From assembly GCA_905478415.1 (NCBI GenBank), contig CAJQIG010000002.1, positions 5,573 to 69,572 of the forward strand: a DNA stretch of 64,000 bases, given 5' to 3'. A program made the translations under genes and the position numbers. The notes under the pieces were generated by a model. It was given only the letters and a program-made list of their open reading frames with translations. It had not been told where the DNA came from and searched no databases. The stretch is from an uncultured Patescibacteria group bacterium. GTDB lineage: Bacteria; Patescibacteriota; Microgenomatia; UBA1400; PJMF01. Positions 29,536 to 39,550 of this stretch are shown piece by piece. Positions within the stretch are counted from its first letter, which is position 1, and each line of letters opens with the position of its first letter.

Positions 29536-31304
29536 AATGACTTCAGCTCCTCAACCGTCGTCGCATCCTGCCAAGATTTATCTGTGCGAACAGTAATCAA
29601 ACGAGGAAAACGTAAAGCTACTTTGGCTGTGTGATTCGGTGAGCGCGTTATCTCATCGGCTGCAACTTCGATTACAACATCGGGCTGAACCCAAACATCA
29701 GGGGTCAATGCATCTGCCACCACATACATAGTTGGCATTTCAGAGACCCGAATCTTGTCACACGCCTCCTTCAATGAAACCAGTCGTTTTTCTGTTAAAC
29801 CCGTGCCGATTTTAGCAATAGTTTTGACCTGTTCATCACTATCTAAAACCCCCACTAAAAGCGCGCCTATTCCAAATTGTGAGCGCTTACCTCGACCCGC
29901 ATAGTACCCCATCACAACTACATCTAGGGTGTCCTTGAGCTTGCCAGAAGCACCTTCCTCTTCTTTTATTTTGACCCATTTCCAGCCTTTTCGACCACCT
30001 TGGTAATCAGAGTCAACCTTCTTAATGACTGCTCCTTCGAGACCTTTGGCCAATTGATCTTCGTGATATTCACGCAGCAGGACCGAGTCCTTAGTAATGA
30101 CGAATGGAGCAACAATAAATGTGCTCTTAGTATTAAAAACCTCCTCTAATAGGTCTTTTCTCTCACGCAAAGGTTTTTCTAAAAACCCAACTCCATCCCG
30201 AAACAAGATATCAAAGACAAAAAATCTAATGGGAACTTTTTCTGAAGCTGCAACAATGTTGTGTTTCCGTTTTCGAGTCATAGTTTCTTGAAATGGCAAC
30301 AGCTCCCCACTTTCGTTATCGTAGCCAATTGCTTCAGAATCTAACACCAAAGAATCTGCACTGACCGCATGTTCTAACTCGTTGAGCTCAGGAAACATAT
30401 GCGTAGCATCCTCTAAGTTTCGAGTGTATGCACGGACTTTACTTCCATCTTCAAAGCCCGATCTTTTAAAATGGATTTGAACCCGAAGTCCATCATACTT
30501 TGGTTCAGCAATAACCTCACCCATTTTATCGATAATTTCTTGTGAAGTATTTAACCTGTGGCAGAGTGCCGGCACCACTGGCACGCCCGCTTTGACACTA
30601 TATTCAGAAAGGACATCTTTGAGTGAAGACTTGCTTTTTGCAACATCCTTCAAATACGTCTCTGCCAAAAAACCGATATCTGCTTGTTTCAGATAGGCAA
30701 GCTCAAGTTGCGTTCGGTGTGCTTTATCGCCTACTACAGCCCATGAAAGTGCATCCAACATCGTCATAGCACTGAAGCCCAACCGTACTTTCCCTAAAAT
30801 AATTCTGACAATAAACTTAGCCGAAATAGGATCAACTACATCTAGTAGTTGCGAAAGTAACAAAACTTTTTCATCTTGTGAACCTGTCCCAGAAATGTGA
30901 GCCAAAGCAACTAATTTTTCATACACCTGAGCAAGTGTTAGGTCCGATTGGTGTGGCTGTACCCAACCCGCAGTCACTTCTCCTAAATCACCCATGTGCT
31001 TATATCGTTTTTCTAACTCTGCTTGCACAGAGGAGGTATCCTCTTCACCAAATAGAGTGGTGGTCTGACCGGTAATAAATGACGTTTTAACTTTCGCTAA
31101 CGTTCTTAAAATCATCTTGGTTGAAAGCTGAAACTCGAGTGATTGGTAACTTGGCACCAAACTACCTTGCATCAAATATGACGCAGGAGCGACTTCAACA
31201 AGGTCAAGTTCGAGAAAAAGCTGCGCCAATCGTTCAGTCATGTCGATTCGTGAAGATAAGTGTTCGAGCTCTTCAAGAGCAGTCGCAAATTTTGAAAATA
31301 GCAT
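29532..31304 (-). CDS. lig: ATP-dependent DNA ligase
   Basis: Adenylation motif I EPKYDGLRVQIH (KxDG). The size (590 aa) and downstream OB-domain region are typical. Confidence 0.85.
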   Translation of the reverse strand: MLFSKFATALEELEHLSSRIDMTERLAQLFLELDLVEVAPASYLMQGSLVPSYQSLEFQLSTKMILRTLAKVKTSFITGQTTTLFGEEDTSSVQAELEKRYKHMGDLGEVTAGWVQPHQSDLTLAQVYEKLVALAHISGTGSQDEKVLLLSQLLDVVDPISAKFIVRIILGKVRLGFSAMTMLDALSWAVVGDKAHRTQLELAYLKQADIGFLAETYLKDVAKSKSSLKDVLSEYSVKAGVPVVPALCHRLNTSQEIIDKMGEVIAEPKYDGLRVQIHFKRSGFEDGSKVRAYTRNLEDATHMFPELNELEHAVSADSLVLDSEAIGYDNESGELLPFQETMTRKRKHNIVAASEKVPIRFFVFDILFRDGVGFLEKPLRERKDLLEEVFNTKSTFIVAPFVITKDSVLLREYHEDQLAKGLEGAVIKKVDSDYQGGRKGWKWVKIKEEEGASGKLKDTLDVVVMGYYAGRGKRSQFGIGALLVGVLDSDEQVKTIAKIGTGLTEKRLVSLKEACDKIRVSEMPTMYVVADALTPDVWVQPDVVIEVAADEITRSPNHTAKVALRFPRLITVRTDKSWQDATTVEELKSL

Positions 31305-31319
31305 ATATTGTCTAGTCTA

Positions 31320-32411
31320 CTATTCAACCAGCTGGTATGTAACCCCTTTAGTAACGCCTCGTTTTTTAATCACCCCTTTGGCGATCAAATCTTTGACGTC
31401 ACGTAAGATGGTATCTACAGAAACATTCGGTAATACTTTTTGTGCATCATCTGATGTGATGTGCTCTTGTTGCTGAAATAATTCGAGCAAAATAATCTGT
31501 CGTTCAGAAAGTGCAACTTGTTTCCCCAACTGTTTCTTTAGTTTTAAATCTTTTGAAAGTTTGGTAACTTGCTCTCGCACCTTATCAATTCCAATGGCAA
31601 TACCATAACAAAAGTACTCAAGCCAGTAGGTCATATCGTGCAGTGGATCTTGCTGAACTGAAAGCAAAGCCTGGTAGTATGCTTCAACATCAGCATCGAA
31701 GTATGGTTCTATCGAGAAAAATCGTTTAAAATCATAGCCGAGTGAATGCAGTGCCAACATAGCCATTGCTCGAGCAGTGCGTCCATTTCCTTCAATAAAG
31801 GGATGAATATACACCAACTGATAGTGCACAATTGCTGCTAATAAGATTGGGTGAATTTGCGCTGCAGCTGGCGAGTGAATCCAAGTAAAAAAATCATCAA
31901 CCAAAAAGGGGACTTCGACAGAGACTGGAGGTCTGAATACGACACCACCATGAGCGGCGCTTTTCACAATTACTTGCTTATCTCTAAAAGTCCCTGAATA
32001 CTGTTCTTCTATCAAACGCTCCATAGTAAAGCGATGCACTATTGAGAGCGTCTCAAGCGTAAATACTGACTGGAAATGTGGCTTTACTTGGTCATCAATC
32101 CATTTGATAACGTTGCGGTAGTTAATGACTTCTTGTACATCACGTTCACGAGCCATAATGCCTGTACGATGAAATACTTCACCAGTATCACGAACATCTT
32201 CCAACTGAACAACTCGATTTGATTGTTCTTCAGTTAAGTCATTTCCCTCAATTTTAGTACCATAATGAATTGTTTTACTCATGGCATCCTGACGGAACTT
32301 TGCTTCCCAAGCAGGCACTAGTGGAGCATTATCAATCAGAGCTTTGGCTGACTCAATTCGAGTAATGTAAGTAAGGAGATTGTTGGTAATTCTGAATTTG
32401 GGTTGATACAT
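31320..32411 (-). CDS. Fic family protein (AMPylase / Fic-Doc)
   Basis: Canonical Fic motif HPFIEGNGRTARAM. Confidence 0.9.
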   Translation of the reverse strand: MYQPKFRITNNLLTYITRIESAKALIDNAPLVPAWEAKFRQDAMSKTIHYGTKIEGNDLTEEQSNRVVQLEDVRDTGEVFHRTGIMARERDVQEVINYRNVIKWIDDQVKPHFQSVFTLETLSIVHRFTMERLIEEQYSGTFRDKQVIVKSAAHGGVVFRPPVSVEVPFLVDDFFTWIHSPAAAQIHPILLAAIVHYQLVYIHPFIEGNGRTARAMAMLALHSLGYDFKRFFSIEPYFDADVEAYYQALLSVQQDPLHDMTYWLEYFCYGIAIGIDKVREQVTKLSKDLKLKKQLGKQVALSERQIILLELFQQQEHITSDDAQKVLPNVSVDTILRDVKDLIAKGVIKKRGVTKGVTYQLVE

Positions 32412-32503
32412 GGGTCCTGCTGCTTTTAATGCCAGAAAGATAACTATTGATCTACTAAGGAGTAGTCACATTGTAGCTTAATTTTTGCATTTTGTGCAGG
32501 GAA

Positions 32504-32558
32504 AAATGTAAATAAATGTAGATAAAATGTAGATAAATGTAGATAAATGTAGATAAAT
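32504..32558. repeat. Tandem ~10-bp repeat (aaatgtagat) x5 in the Fic upstream region
   Basis: aaatgtaaataaatgtagataaaatgtagataaatgtagataaatgtagataaattg lies between the stop of the 32564-34000 gene and the Fic start. The period is about 10 bp (one helical turn). Confidence 0.85.
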
Positions 32559-32563
32559 TGAAG

Positions 32564-34000
32564 CTATTCCTTAAAAAGGTACCGTCTATCCCTGTTACTT
32601 CCTATCTTTTTTAAAATGCCTAGTTTCACCATTTTTACCAATTCAAAGTTTGCTTTTCGATCATCACCAACTTTTGTTAAGTTATTGAGTTCCCTATATT
32701 CACTATTATTGATTCCAACATTTGTGTGTTTAATATGAACAAGTGCTTTTAATTGTCGTTCGTTAAGTCTATATCTCTGAAATTTCCCCAACCAGTCTTG
32801 ATCAGTATCTTGGATAAATGCAGAACTAAATAAAGTTGCAACAAACCAATCATGTTTATGCTCAAACGTTGGTTCACTTAACCCAGCATTCTTCAAAGAA
32901 GCTATAATTGTGCGAATTCCTCTTCCTCTATGCTCAGAAATACTTAGATCTCGAAGATAACTCATAAGTAGTGGATTTCTTGTTTGTGGATGAGCACTGC
33001 TTAGTTTACTTAAAGGAACTAAACTTCTCCCAGCATTCGCAAACTCAACTCTATCTGAATAGATATCAATTTGAATACGACTAGAATAGGTGCTGTAATC
33101 TCTGTGAGCAAGAGCATTAGCTAAGGTTTCTCTGATTGCCAATTCTGGTATAGCTAGATAGTCGGCTCTTTTACCACCTTCTTCAATACGCCCACGTATT
33201 GGAAGTTTAGAGATAATAAATTTCAAAGCATTCTCAAATTGGTCAGAAACATTTCCTCCGAACTCTCTATCATCTAAACTCACTTCAGCAACATCCCCTG
33301 GATTAACTTTATTTGTACCAGAATAGTGAGTAACCGCAATATTAATAGTTGGAGCAGTTAAATCTTGCAATCCAGTCTTATTGCTAAAAGCAAGCAAACC
33401 AAAAAGGGTTGGATTCAGAGTTTGAGTAATAGCTCTCAATTTCTTCAAGACACTTTCTGTATCCATTTTGTTGTACACATCTCCTCTATTTTTTTTAACT
33501 ACACTCAAGTATGTTTGAATACTCTCTTCACTAAAGAAGCTTTCATAATTACCATTGAACTCTATAAGCTCGGCCCCTCCATTAGCTGTAATAGCAAACC
33601 TTCTAATCCACTCATCGTCTACTTGAGTATTAGCTGTACCAACTCTAACTCTTGCCCCTTTAGGAAGACCCCTACTAACACTGTAGATTGGCCTCATTGT
33701 TGATGGTGCTGGTGGAATGAAAACCTGGACTACTCTGTTCTTATCAATATTTACTTCAGGGTACACCTTATGATTAAAGCCCGTTGCACAAAGTGATGCA
33801 ATTGAAGTAAGGAGTTCATCTTGAAACTTAGAACGAATACCTTGAATATCTCCTTCGGGAGTAACTCCAAGGTATATCGACCCACCATCGCTGTTACTAA
33901 AAGCCGAGATTGACTTCCAAAAGTCACCTGGCAATTTTTCGCTGCTAATAGTTTTGAACTCTACTATATCTGATTCTACTTTGGGAATGTTCATCCTCAT
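32564..34000 (-). CDS. AlbA_2 (Schlafen-like divergent AAA) domain putative transcriptional regulator / RecG-C-like DNA-binding protein
   Basis: N-terminus ESDIVEFKTISSEKLPGDFWKSISAFSNSDGGSIYLGV is the AlbA_2 signature. A C-terminal HATPase-like region and a wHTH-like tail follow. Confidence 0.6.
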   Translation of the reverse strand: MRMNIPKVESDIVEFKTISSEKLPGDFWKSISAFSNSDGGSIYLGVTPEGDIQGIRSKFQDELLTSIASLCATGFNHKVYPEVNIDKNRVVQVFIPPAPSTMRPIYSVSRGLPKGARVRVGTANTQVDDEWIRRFAITANGGAELIEFNGNYESFFSEESIQTYLSVVKKNRGDVYNKMDTESVLKKLRAITQTLNPTLFGLLAFSNKTGLQDLTAPTINIAVTHYSGTNKVNPGDVAEVSLDDREFGGNVSDQFENALKFIISKLPIRGRIEEGGKRADYLAIPELAIRETLANALAHRDYSTYSSRIQIDIYSDRVEFANAGRSLVPLSKLSSAHPQTRNPLLMSYLRDLSISEHRGRGIRTIIASLKNAGLSEPTFEHKHDWFVATLFSSAFIQDTDQDWLGKFQRYRLNERQLKALVHIKHTNVGINNSEYRELNNLTKVGDDRKANFELVKMVKLGILKKIGSNRDRRYLFKE

Positions 34001-34018
34001 TTGTATCCTTGTATTTAC

Positions 34019-34819
34019 CTATTTCAGTAACGTATGTATTGTCTTTGGAACCTGCGCAGCCAAATCAGTAGCATTAAAAAAGGGACCAACTTCCTGGGCC
34101 AGTGTTTCACCTGCTTTTTTATTTACATAACTACTCACAATCGCTGCTACTTCTGCAGAGTTTGTTGCATACAAGCCAGCCATAAGTCCAGCCAGAACAT
34201 CACCCGTTCCTCCCTTAGTCATACCGGGGTGACCTCCTTCGATTAAGATATTTTTTCGATTACAAAACAGAGAGTCCGTTTCCCCTTTTAGGACAATAGT
34301 AACCCCTTTTTCTGACAAGAACTGTAACGCCCCATCTTCATCCAGCTCTAAGTGTGTAGCTACTCTTGCTAACTCTTTTTGATGTGGCGTGATAATCATG
34401 GAGCTCGTCAATAACTCGGGATTAACCATCTGGAGTGCCCCTGCATCAACCACCCATTTTTTATGTGGAAATGTACGCAACAAGGTATTTGTCATTTCAG
34501 TTGTTTCTTCAACTCGTTCCATACCTGGACCAATCAACACACAATCTGCTTCATCAATATACACTTCAACCTGACCTTGTGGCACCACGATACCATTCCA
34601 AAAATTTCCCTTTGCTTCTGCAATGAGTTCGTTATTTTGTGGAACTGAGGCATAAAACAGCATGTCAACAAATCGAGATGCGGTATCAAGAGCCCACCGC
34701 ATCGGAGCATGAAATAACTCTGATCCCCCAATAAAAACTAACTTGCCATTTTCTCCTTTGTGAGAATCACTGGCAGGAAGTTTGAGTTGTGAAAATGCGT
34801 TTTTTATTTCTGGTTGCAT
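34019..34819 (-). CDS. nnrD: ADP-dependent NAD(P)H-hydrate dehydratase (YjeF C-terminal family)
   Basis: GENGKLVFIGGS...GHPGMTKGGTGDVLAGLMAGL. Confidence 0.8.
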   Translation of the reverse strand: MQPEIKNAFSQLKLPASDSHKGENGKLVFIGGSELFHAPMRWALDTASRFVDMLFYASVPQNNELIAEAKGNFWNGIVVPQGQVEVYIDEADCVLIGPGMERVEETTEMTNTLLRTFPHKKWVVDAGALQMVNPELLTSSMIITPHQKELARVATHLELDEDGALQFLSEKGVTIVLKGETDSLFCNRKNILIEGGHPGMTKGGTGDVLAGLMAGLYATNSAEVAAIVSSYVNKKAGETLAQEVGPFFNATDLAAQVPKTIHTLLK

Positions 34820-34824
34820 AGATT

Positions 34825-35910
34825 CTATTCTATAGATTTTTTGTACTGAGTAGTTACGTTCTTTTCACCTACTTTTTCGACAATAAATGGCACAATTCGC
34901 TCATCTGTAGAAGTCACAATCGATTGATAATTTGCTAACGTCTGTAACACAATGTGTTGGCTGTCAACATCAAGCTCAGACATAATATCATCTAATAGTA
35001 GTACCGGCTTCTGTCCACTAATTTTTGCAATATACTCGAGCTCACAAAACTTGAGCCAGAGTACCGCAAGCCGCTGCTGTCCTCGTGAACCATACACCGC
35101 AATGTCCATATCTCTATCGGAGTGAAGAATAATGTTAATGTCATCTTTATGCGGACCAATCAAAGTGTGTCCTGCCGCAATTTCTCTGGGCAAATACTCT
35201 GCTATCCGCTCTTCAGAAATAACTGAAGCCATATACTCCACTGAAAAATTAACTGGAAAGGCTACTTCTGCAAAAGTTGAGAAAAACGCCCGACGATACT
35301 CTTGTAGAATTTCGCCATGTTTAATGAGACCCATATTCCAATACTGCAAAGTAGAACGGGATTGTTCACCTTCACGAACTTGCCACAAAAGTTTATTGCG
35401 TCGTTTCAGTGTCTGTTCATAATTTTTAAGGGCTACTGCATACTTGTAGTACAAAACGGAAAGTGGTGCATCAATATAACTGCGACGTCGGGCTGGTGAC
35501 CCTTCGATAAGTCGCATATCTTCTGGTCGAAATAAAACAGTGAAAAATTTCCCTACTGCATCTTTTTTACGTTTTTTAACGCCATTGACTGAAAACAACC
35601 GATGCTGTGTTCGTTTTCCTTGCACTACCCCTCTTGTTAACATAATCTCAACTTCATCTGATTCACCGTTCAAAGTTGTTTTGGCTTTGACTCTACCCAA
35701 CTCTTCGTCAAAGAGAATCATTTCCTCAATCTTACCTGCTCTGAAACTATTTCCTGTCGAAAGCATATGAACAGCCTCGAGAATAGTGGTTTTGCCACTC
35801 GCATTAGGACCAATAATCACTGTTGATTGGGTAGGAAACTGAATCACAAACGACGAATGTTGACGAAAATTTTGAAGGGCTAAACCGGTAACGAGTCTTT
35901 CTACTTGCAT
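34825..35910 (-). CDS. recF: DNA replication and repair protein RecF
   Basis: Walker A IIGPNASGKTTILEAV and SMC-like signature/Walker B LLLDDIMSELD. Confidence 0.85.
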   Translation of the reverse strand: MQVERLVTGLALQNFRQHSSFVIQFPTQSTVIIGPNASGKTTILEAVHMLSTGNSFRAGKIEEMILFDEELGRVKAKTTLNGESDEVEIMLTRGVVQGKRTQHRLFSVNGVKKRKKDAVGKFFTVLFRPEDMRLIEGSPARRRSYIDAPLSVLYYKYAVALKNYEQTLKRRNKLLWQVREGEQSRSTLQYWNMGLIKHGEILQEYRRAFFSTFAEVAFPVNFSVEYMASVISEERIAEYLPREIAAGHTLIGPHKDDINIILHSDRDMDIAVYGSRGQQRLAVLWLKFCELEYIAKISGQKPVLLLDDIMSELDVDSQHIVLQTLANYQSIVTSTDERIVPFIVEKVGEKNVTTQYKKSIE

Positions 35911-35946
35911 TAGGGCATTATAACTAAACTCACAAAAAAAGAATGG

Positions 35947-37680
35947 TTACTTTTTCTCAATATTAAAGAAAGCTCCACTACAACTACTACCCGACCACTG
36001 TGGAATTCTCAAATTGCCAGGAGCTCGTAGGTTAAAAGCTTTACAAAATTGATCGCCATTCATACTCACACCATTAATAGTAACCGTGTTTGTTTTACCC
36101 TCTCCTTGTGAGACTGACACACTATTTGCCGAAGAGATGCCACCATATTTACCAGCTACATCACGCAATTCTGAGTGGGAGTATGGATTTCCACCCCAAC
36201 AAGAAGTCGTAACTGGGCTGACTCGCTCCGCTTCCCCAGAGTTGCCCTTGGTAATAACTAGGTGGGCATTGACAATATCAGCCATTTCTTCTGGACTCAG
36301 CCACGGATTTGATCGGCCGCAAGTATCACCACTGCTACTGTAACCAGCACGCCACCAAGATTTATAGAGCCAAGGAGAACCACCAATTTTTTCATAGGCT
36401 TTGTTTAGTAGATCCGAACCACCAGCTCCATCGGTCGTATCCCAACCAGAAGTTTTTGACCAACCGCCATGTGTAGAAGCAAATTGGGTTGAAACTGGGT
36501 TTCCACCACCATCAACTAAAACCATACCTTTGGTTTCATTTACCGCTTCTTTCCAAGCACCACCTTTTTCAGAATTTTTAAAGACCTGACATTGTTCGGT
36601 AGTACAAATAGATTTTTGACCATTGTTGGTATAGCGAATTGCATACGTACGAGCTGCAATAGCTTGAGCCTTTAAGACTTCTTTTGGCCAACTTGCTGGC
36701 ACCTCATAGATTCTCTGCAGATACCAATCCTCAAACGATCCAGACCCATTGCCATCAACAGAAATTTGATCCATGGCAGTATAGTTCTCTTTAATTTGAG
36801 AACCCGGATAGTAGGCATTCAAAATTTCAGCATATTTTTGTCCACTCTTGGCTCGGCCAAGCGCGCCATACTGACTCATGCCATTTCGATGACTGTAAGC
36901 ACCAAATGAAAAGATGGCAAAGTATCCACCTGGGGCAGATTCATTAAATCCTTTAATAGAGGCCAAGTAATCATCGGCTAACTCACTATCTCCACTCACG
37001 GTAAACCCTCCACTTCTGGCAGTAATAATTTCTTGCTGTCTGGCAGATAACTCGGCTATTTGACTACCAAGTACTGTTTGGTAGTCTTTTGCTTTTCCTA
37101 TCTCACCTTTGAAGAAAGCTGCTTGACTATCAAGCTGAGCTTCCAAACTGGCAAGCGTTTTTTGTGTTTGTTCCAACTCAGCCTTATCTTCTTCAAGTTG
37201 AAACAGTTCTGTACCAATGGTTTGAATCAACTTATTATCTTGAGCTTTGACTGAATCTCGGTACGCCAAATCTTTTGTCAATTCGGCCGCGTTAGCATTC
37301 TGAATAAAGAAGAGTAACGGCGAAAACATTCGTGCTTTTTTGTACTGCTCGTGCACTCGTCGAGATAGAATTTGGTACTGCACTGCTAAATCTTTCTCTC
37401 TCTGTTCAATTTTAGATTCAACCGCAACTGCATCCGCTTGTGCCTTCGAGATACCATATCGAGCATTGGTAATTCGACTTTCTAGAGTGTCAACTTCTTT
37501 CTCAAGTGGTTTTGTTGCATCTTCCGAGAGTTGCTTGAGGTGTTCTAGTTCATCAATTTCTCTTTGGAGCGATTCAACTTCAGCGTTGGCCTTAGCTTGC
37601 TGGTTGACGAACCTCTGAGAGGTAAAAAATCCCGATAAGACAACAAAAAAAGCTAGAAGCAGGAATGATGATTTTTTCAT
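35947..37680 (-). CDS. SpoIID/LytB-domain protein with an N-terminal signal anchor and a long coiled coil
   Basis: AQAIAARTYAIRY...CTTEQCQVF...STHGGWS are SpoIID/LytB motifs. The N-terminal half is heptad-rich. Confidence 0.7.
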   Translation of the reverse strand: MKKSSFLLLAFFVVLSGFFTSQRFVNQQAKANAEVESLQREIDELEHLKQLSEDATKPLEKEVDTLESRITNARYGISKAQADAVAVESKIEQREKDLAVQYQILSRRVHEQYKKARMFSPLLFFIQNANAAELTKDLAYRDSVKAQDNKLIQTIGTELFQLEEDKAELEQTQKTLASLEAQLDSQAAFFKGEIGKAKDYQTVLGSQIAELSARQQEIITARSGGFTVSGDSELADDYLASIKGFNESAPGGYFAIFSFGAYSHRNGMSQYGALGRAKSGQKYAEILNAYYPGSQIKENYTAMDQISVDGNGSGSFEDWYLQRIYEVPASWPKEVLKAQAIAARTYAIRYTNNGQKSICTTEQCQVFKNSEKGGAWKEAVNETKGMVLVDGGGNPVSTQFASTHGGWSKTSGWDTTDGAGGSDLLNKAYEKIGGSPWLYKSWWRAGYSSSGDTCGRSNPWLSPEEMADIVNAHLVITKGNSGEAERVSPVTTSCWGGNPYSHSELRDVAGKYGGISSANSVSVSQGEGKTNTVTINGVSMNGDQFCKAFNLRAPGNLRIPQWSGSSCSGAFFNIEKK

Positions 37681-37865
37681 ATACTATAATAGTGTATGCA
37701 CATTGTAGCGAAGCATTGACGACTTGGCTAGGAGAGTTCTTTTTTAGATTGAAAATAATCCCATAACAATATATAATGTGTTGTAGAAAATGAAAATTCC
37801 TCTAACTGTTGAGGAGTGTTGTTCTTTCAAAATCAAAACTTTCCCTGAAACTTAAGGAGAAAAAC

Positions 37866-38150
37866 ATGGGATCATTAGCTTTTTTATTTGTTTTAGAAAA
37901 CTATATTTTTATTGGAACGATCTATCTAGTCATCGCTGTTATAGGAGGAGCTGTTCTACAAGACTTCTCTCTCTTTGTATCAGTGATCATTGTCGGTATT
38001 ATTTGTTCCATAGCCATTGTGACTGTGGGACACCTTCTACCCGCCATGCTGCTTGGCACAGCTCTCTGGAGCTGGGGGCCCCTTGCCGCGTTTATTATAA
38101 ATGTGGGCATATTCTTGATAAGTATGAAGTTGCTTTTCTTTTCTAACTAA
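37866..38150 (+). CDS. Small integral membrane protein
   Basis: Strong SD ttAAGGAGaaaaacATG. Three hydrophobic helices. Start moved to the SD-preceded ATG. Confidence 0.5.
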   Translation: MGSLAFLFVLENYIFIGTIYLVIAVIGGAVLQDFSLFVSVIIVGIICSIAIVTVGHLLPAMLLGTALWSWGPLAAFIINVGIFLISMKLLFFSN

Positions 38151-38178
38151 AAGCAATGAAGTTTTGAACAATTATAGT

Positions 38179-38207
38179 AGCCACCTCCTAGAGGTGGCTT
38201 TTCTTTG
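38179..38207 (+). terminator. Rho-independent terminator
   Basis: agccacctc-ctag-gaggtggct hairpin followed by tttctttg. Confidence 0.75.
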
Positions 38208-38245
38208 CACTCTGGCACGTCGCCTCTTTATAAGGTAAAATACAA

Positions 38246-39550
38246 GTGAATCTGAGAAGATATAAGAAAGTATGTTTAATGAAACAAAAGATACTTGGCA
38301 TTTTTATTGTCTTTGCTAGTGTTTTTTTGGCGACTAGTCAGGCAAATCAAGCTTATGCTGCTGCCTGTGCTGGAGTTATTAGCGGCATCGGTGACACTCT
38401 CCCCCCCTACTACTCTGGACTAGAGCATGTGATTGTTATGGATATTTCCTCCTACGATCCAAACGACCGGTACTACGTCAAAGTAAAAAATACAAAACTC
38501 ACCGATGATCAAGCTCAAACAGGAAGTTTTCGTTTAAACGATGGAGTATCAGGATCAAATGGTGATTCAAGATGGGAAGTCAGCGGTGGAAAACTCTACA
38601 TCACCATAACTGAAAAAGAAGCACTTGCCCCAAATACAACAGATGGAGAGAACGGTTCTCACTTTGTCGAACTCTACAAACATGAATTTGGATCAAATAG
38701 ATTTTGTGAAATTGGTTACTATTACACACCAAAGAATACCCTCGCAGGAAAATGTACTTTTACTATTACCCAACAACGAACTGGGGCAGATGGAAACACT
38801 CAGGCCTGTTATGCAGCAGGCCAAGCCTCGTGCATGGAAGATGACAAACCGGTTCAAATTGAGGTCTCTGGCCTTGAAGATGCAGATGGACCGTACAATG
38901 GAGCCGTTAGATTTGTCATAGGTGCTGAAGGCTGGGATGCAGGAGGAGATCATATAGAAACATCAACAAATGGCACAGCTACAACCTCAATAACTCCAAA
39001 CTCATCAGCTTCATTTGCAGAAGGAAAAACATATACCGTCAAAATGGAAGCGTCTAGATTAGGAATCAACTTTGACTTTCCAGACCAAAGTTGTACAACA
39101 AAAATTACAATTTCTGACTATTGTGCTCCAGAGCAGTGTGGAGATGAGGCTACAATCGGAGGTGCTCAAGCAATTGGTCCAGACGAATTCAAACTTTGCT
39201 CACAAATAAAAGACCCCGTTGCATTCGAAGCTTGCACTACTTGCGCCGGCGGCGAAGATGGAGAAGATGGCATCTGGACAGCCATTGGCTGTATTAGCAG
39301 AGAACCTGAAGAAATTGTTGGAAAACTCATCAGATTGGGCCTGAGTATGGGTGGTGGAATTGCGCTTCTGATGATCTTATCTGCTGGATTTACACTAACT
39401 GTTTCACAAGGAAACCCACAGAAGGCAGGTCAAGCTAAAGAGATGATTACTGCTGCGGTCACAGGCCTACTCTTCATTATCTTTTCTGTCACTATTCTAC
39501 AATTTATTGGCTTTTCTGTGCTCAAGATACCTGGATTTGGAGGGCCATAA
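38246..39550 (+). CDS. Secreted protein with a ~370-aa extracellular N-domain fused to a C-terminal VirB2/TrbC-like two-TM pilin module
   Basis: Signal peptide. The C-terminus GIALLMILSAGFTLTVSQGNPQKAGQAKEMITAAVTGLLFIIFSV has the same TM-loop-TM module as the 49801-54266 family. Confidence 0.5.
   Translation: MNLRRYKKVCLMKQKILGIFIVFASVFLATSQANQAYAAACAGVISGIGDTLPPYYSGLEHVIVMDISSYDPNDRYYVKVKNTKLTDDQAQTGSFRLNDGVSGSNGDSRWEVSGGKLYITITEKEALAPNTTDGENGSHFVELYKHEFGSNRFCEIGYYYTPKNTLAGKCTFTITQQRTGADGNTQACYAAGQASCMEDDKPVQIEVSGLEDADGPYNGAVRFVIGAEGWDAGGDHIETSTNGTATTSITPNSSASFAEGKTYTVKMEASRLGINFDFPDQSCTTKITISDYCAPEQCGDEATIGGAQAIGPDEFKLCSQIKDPVAFEACTTCAGGEDGEDGIWTAIGCISREPEEIVGKLIRLGLSMGGGIALLMILSAGFTLTVSQGNPQKAGQAKEMITAAVTGLLFIIFSVTILQFIGFSVLKIPGFGGP

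Noticed and set aside
32504-32558. Tandem 10-bp repeats considered as a CRISPR array
   Set aside because: The units are 10-11 bp with no spacers, far shorter than CRISPR repeats, and there are no cas genes. Interpreted instead as a regulatory or iteron-like tract.
34825-35910. recF considered as a marker of the replication origin
   Set aside because: No dnaA, dnaN or gyrB adjacent and no DnaA-box cluster recognised. recF here is flanked by nnrD and a SpoIID-like gene.
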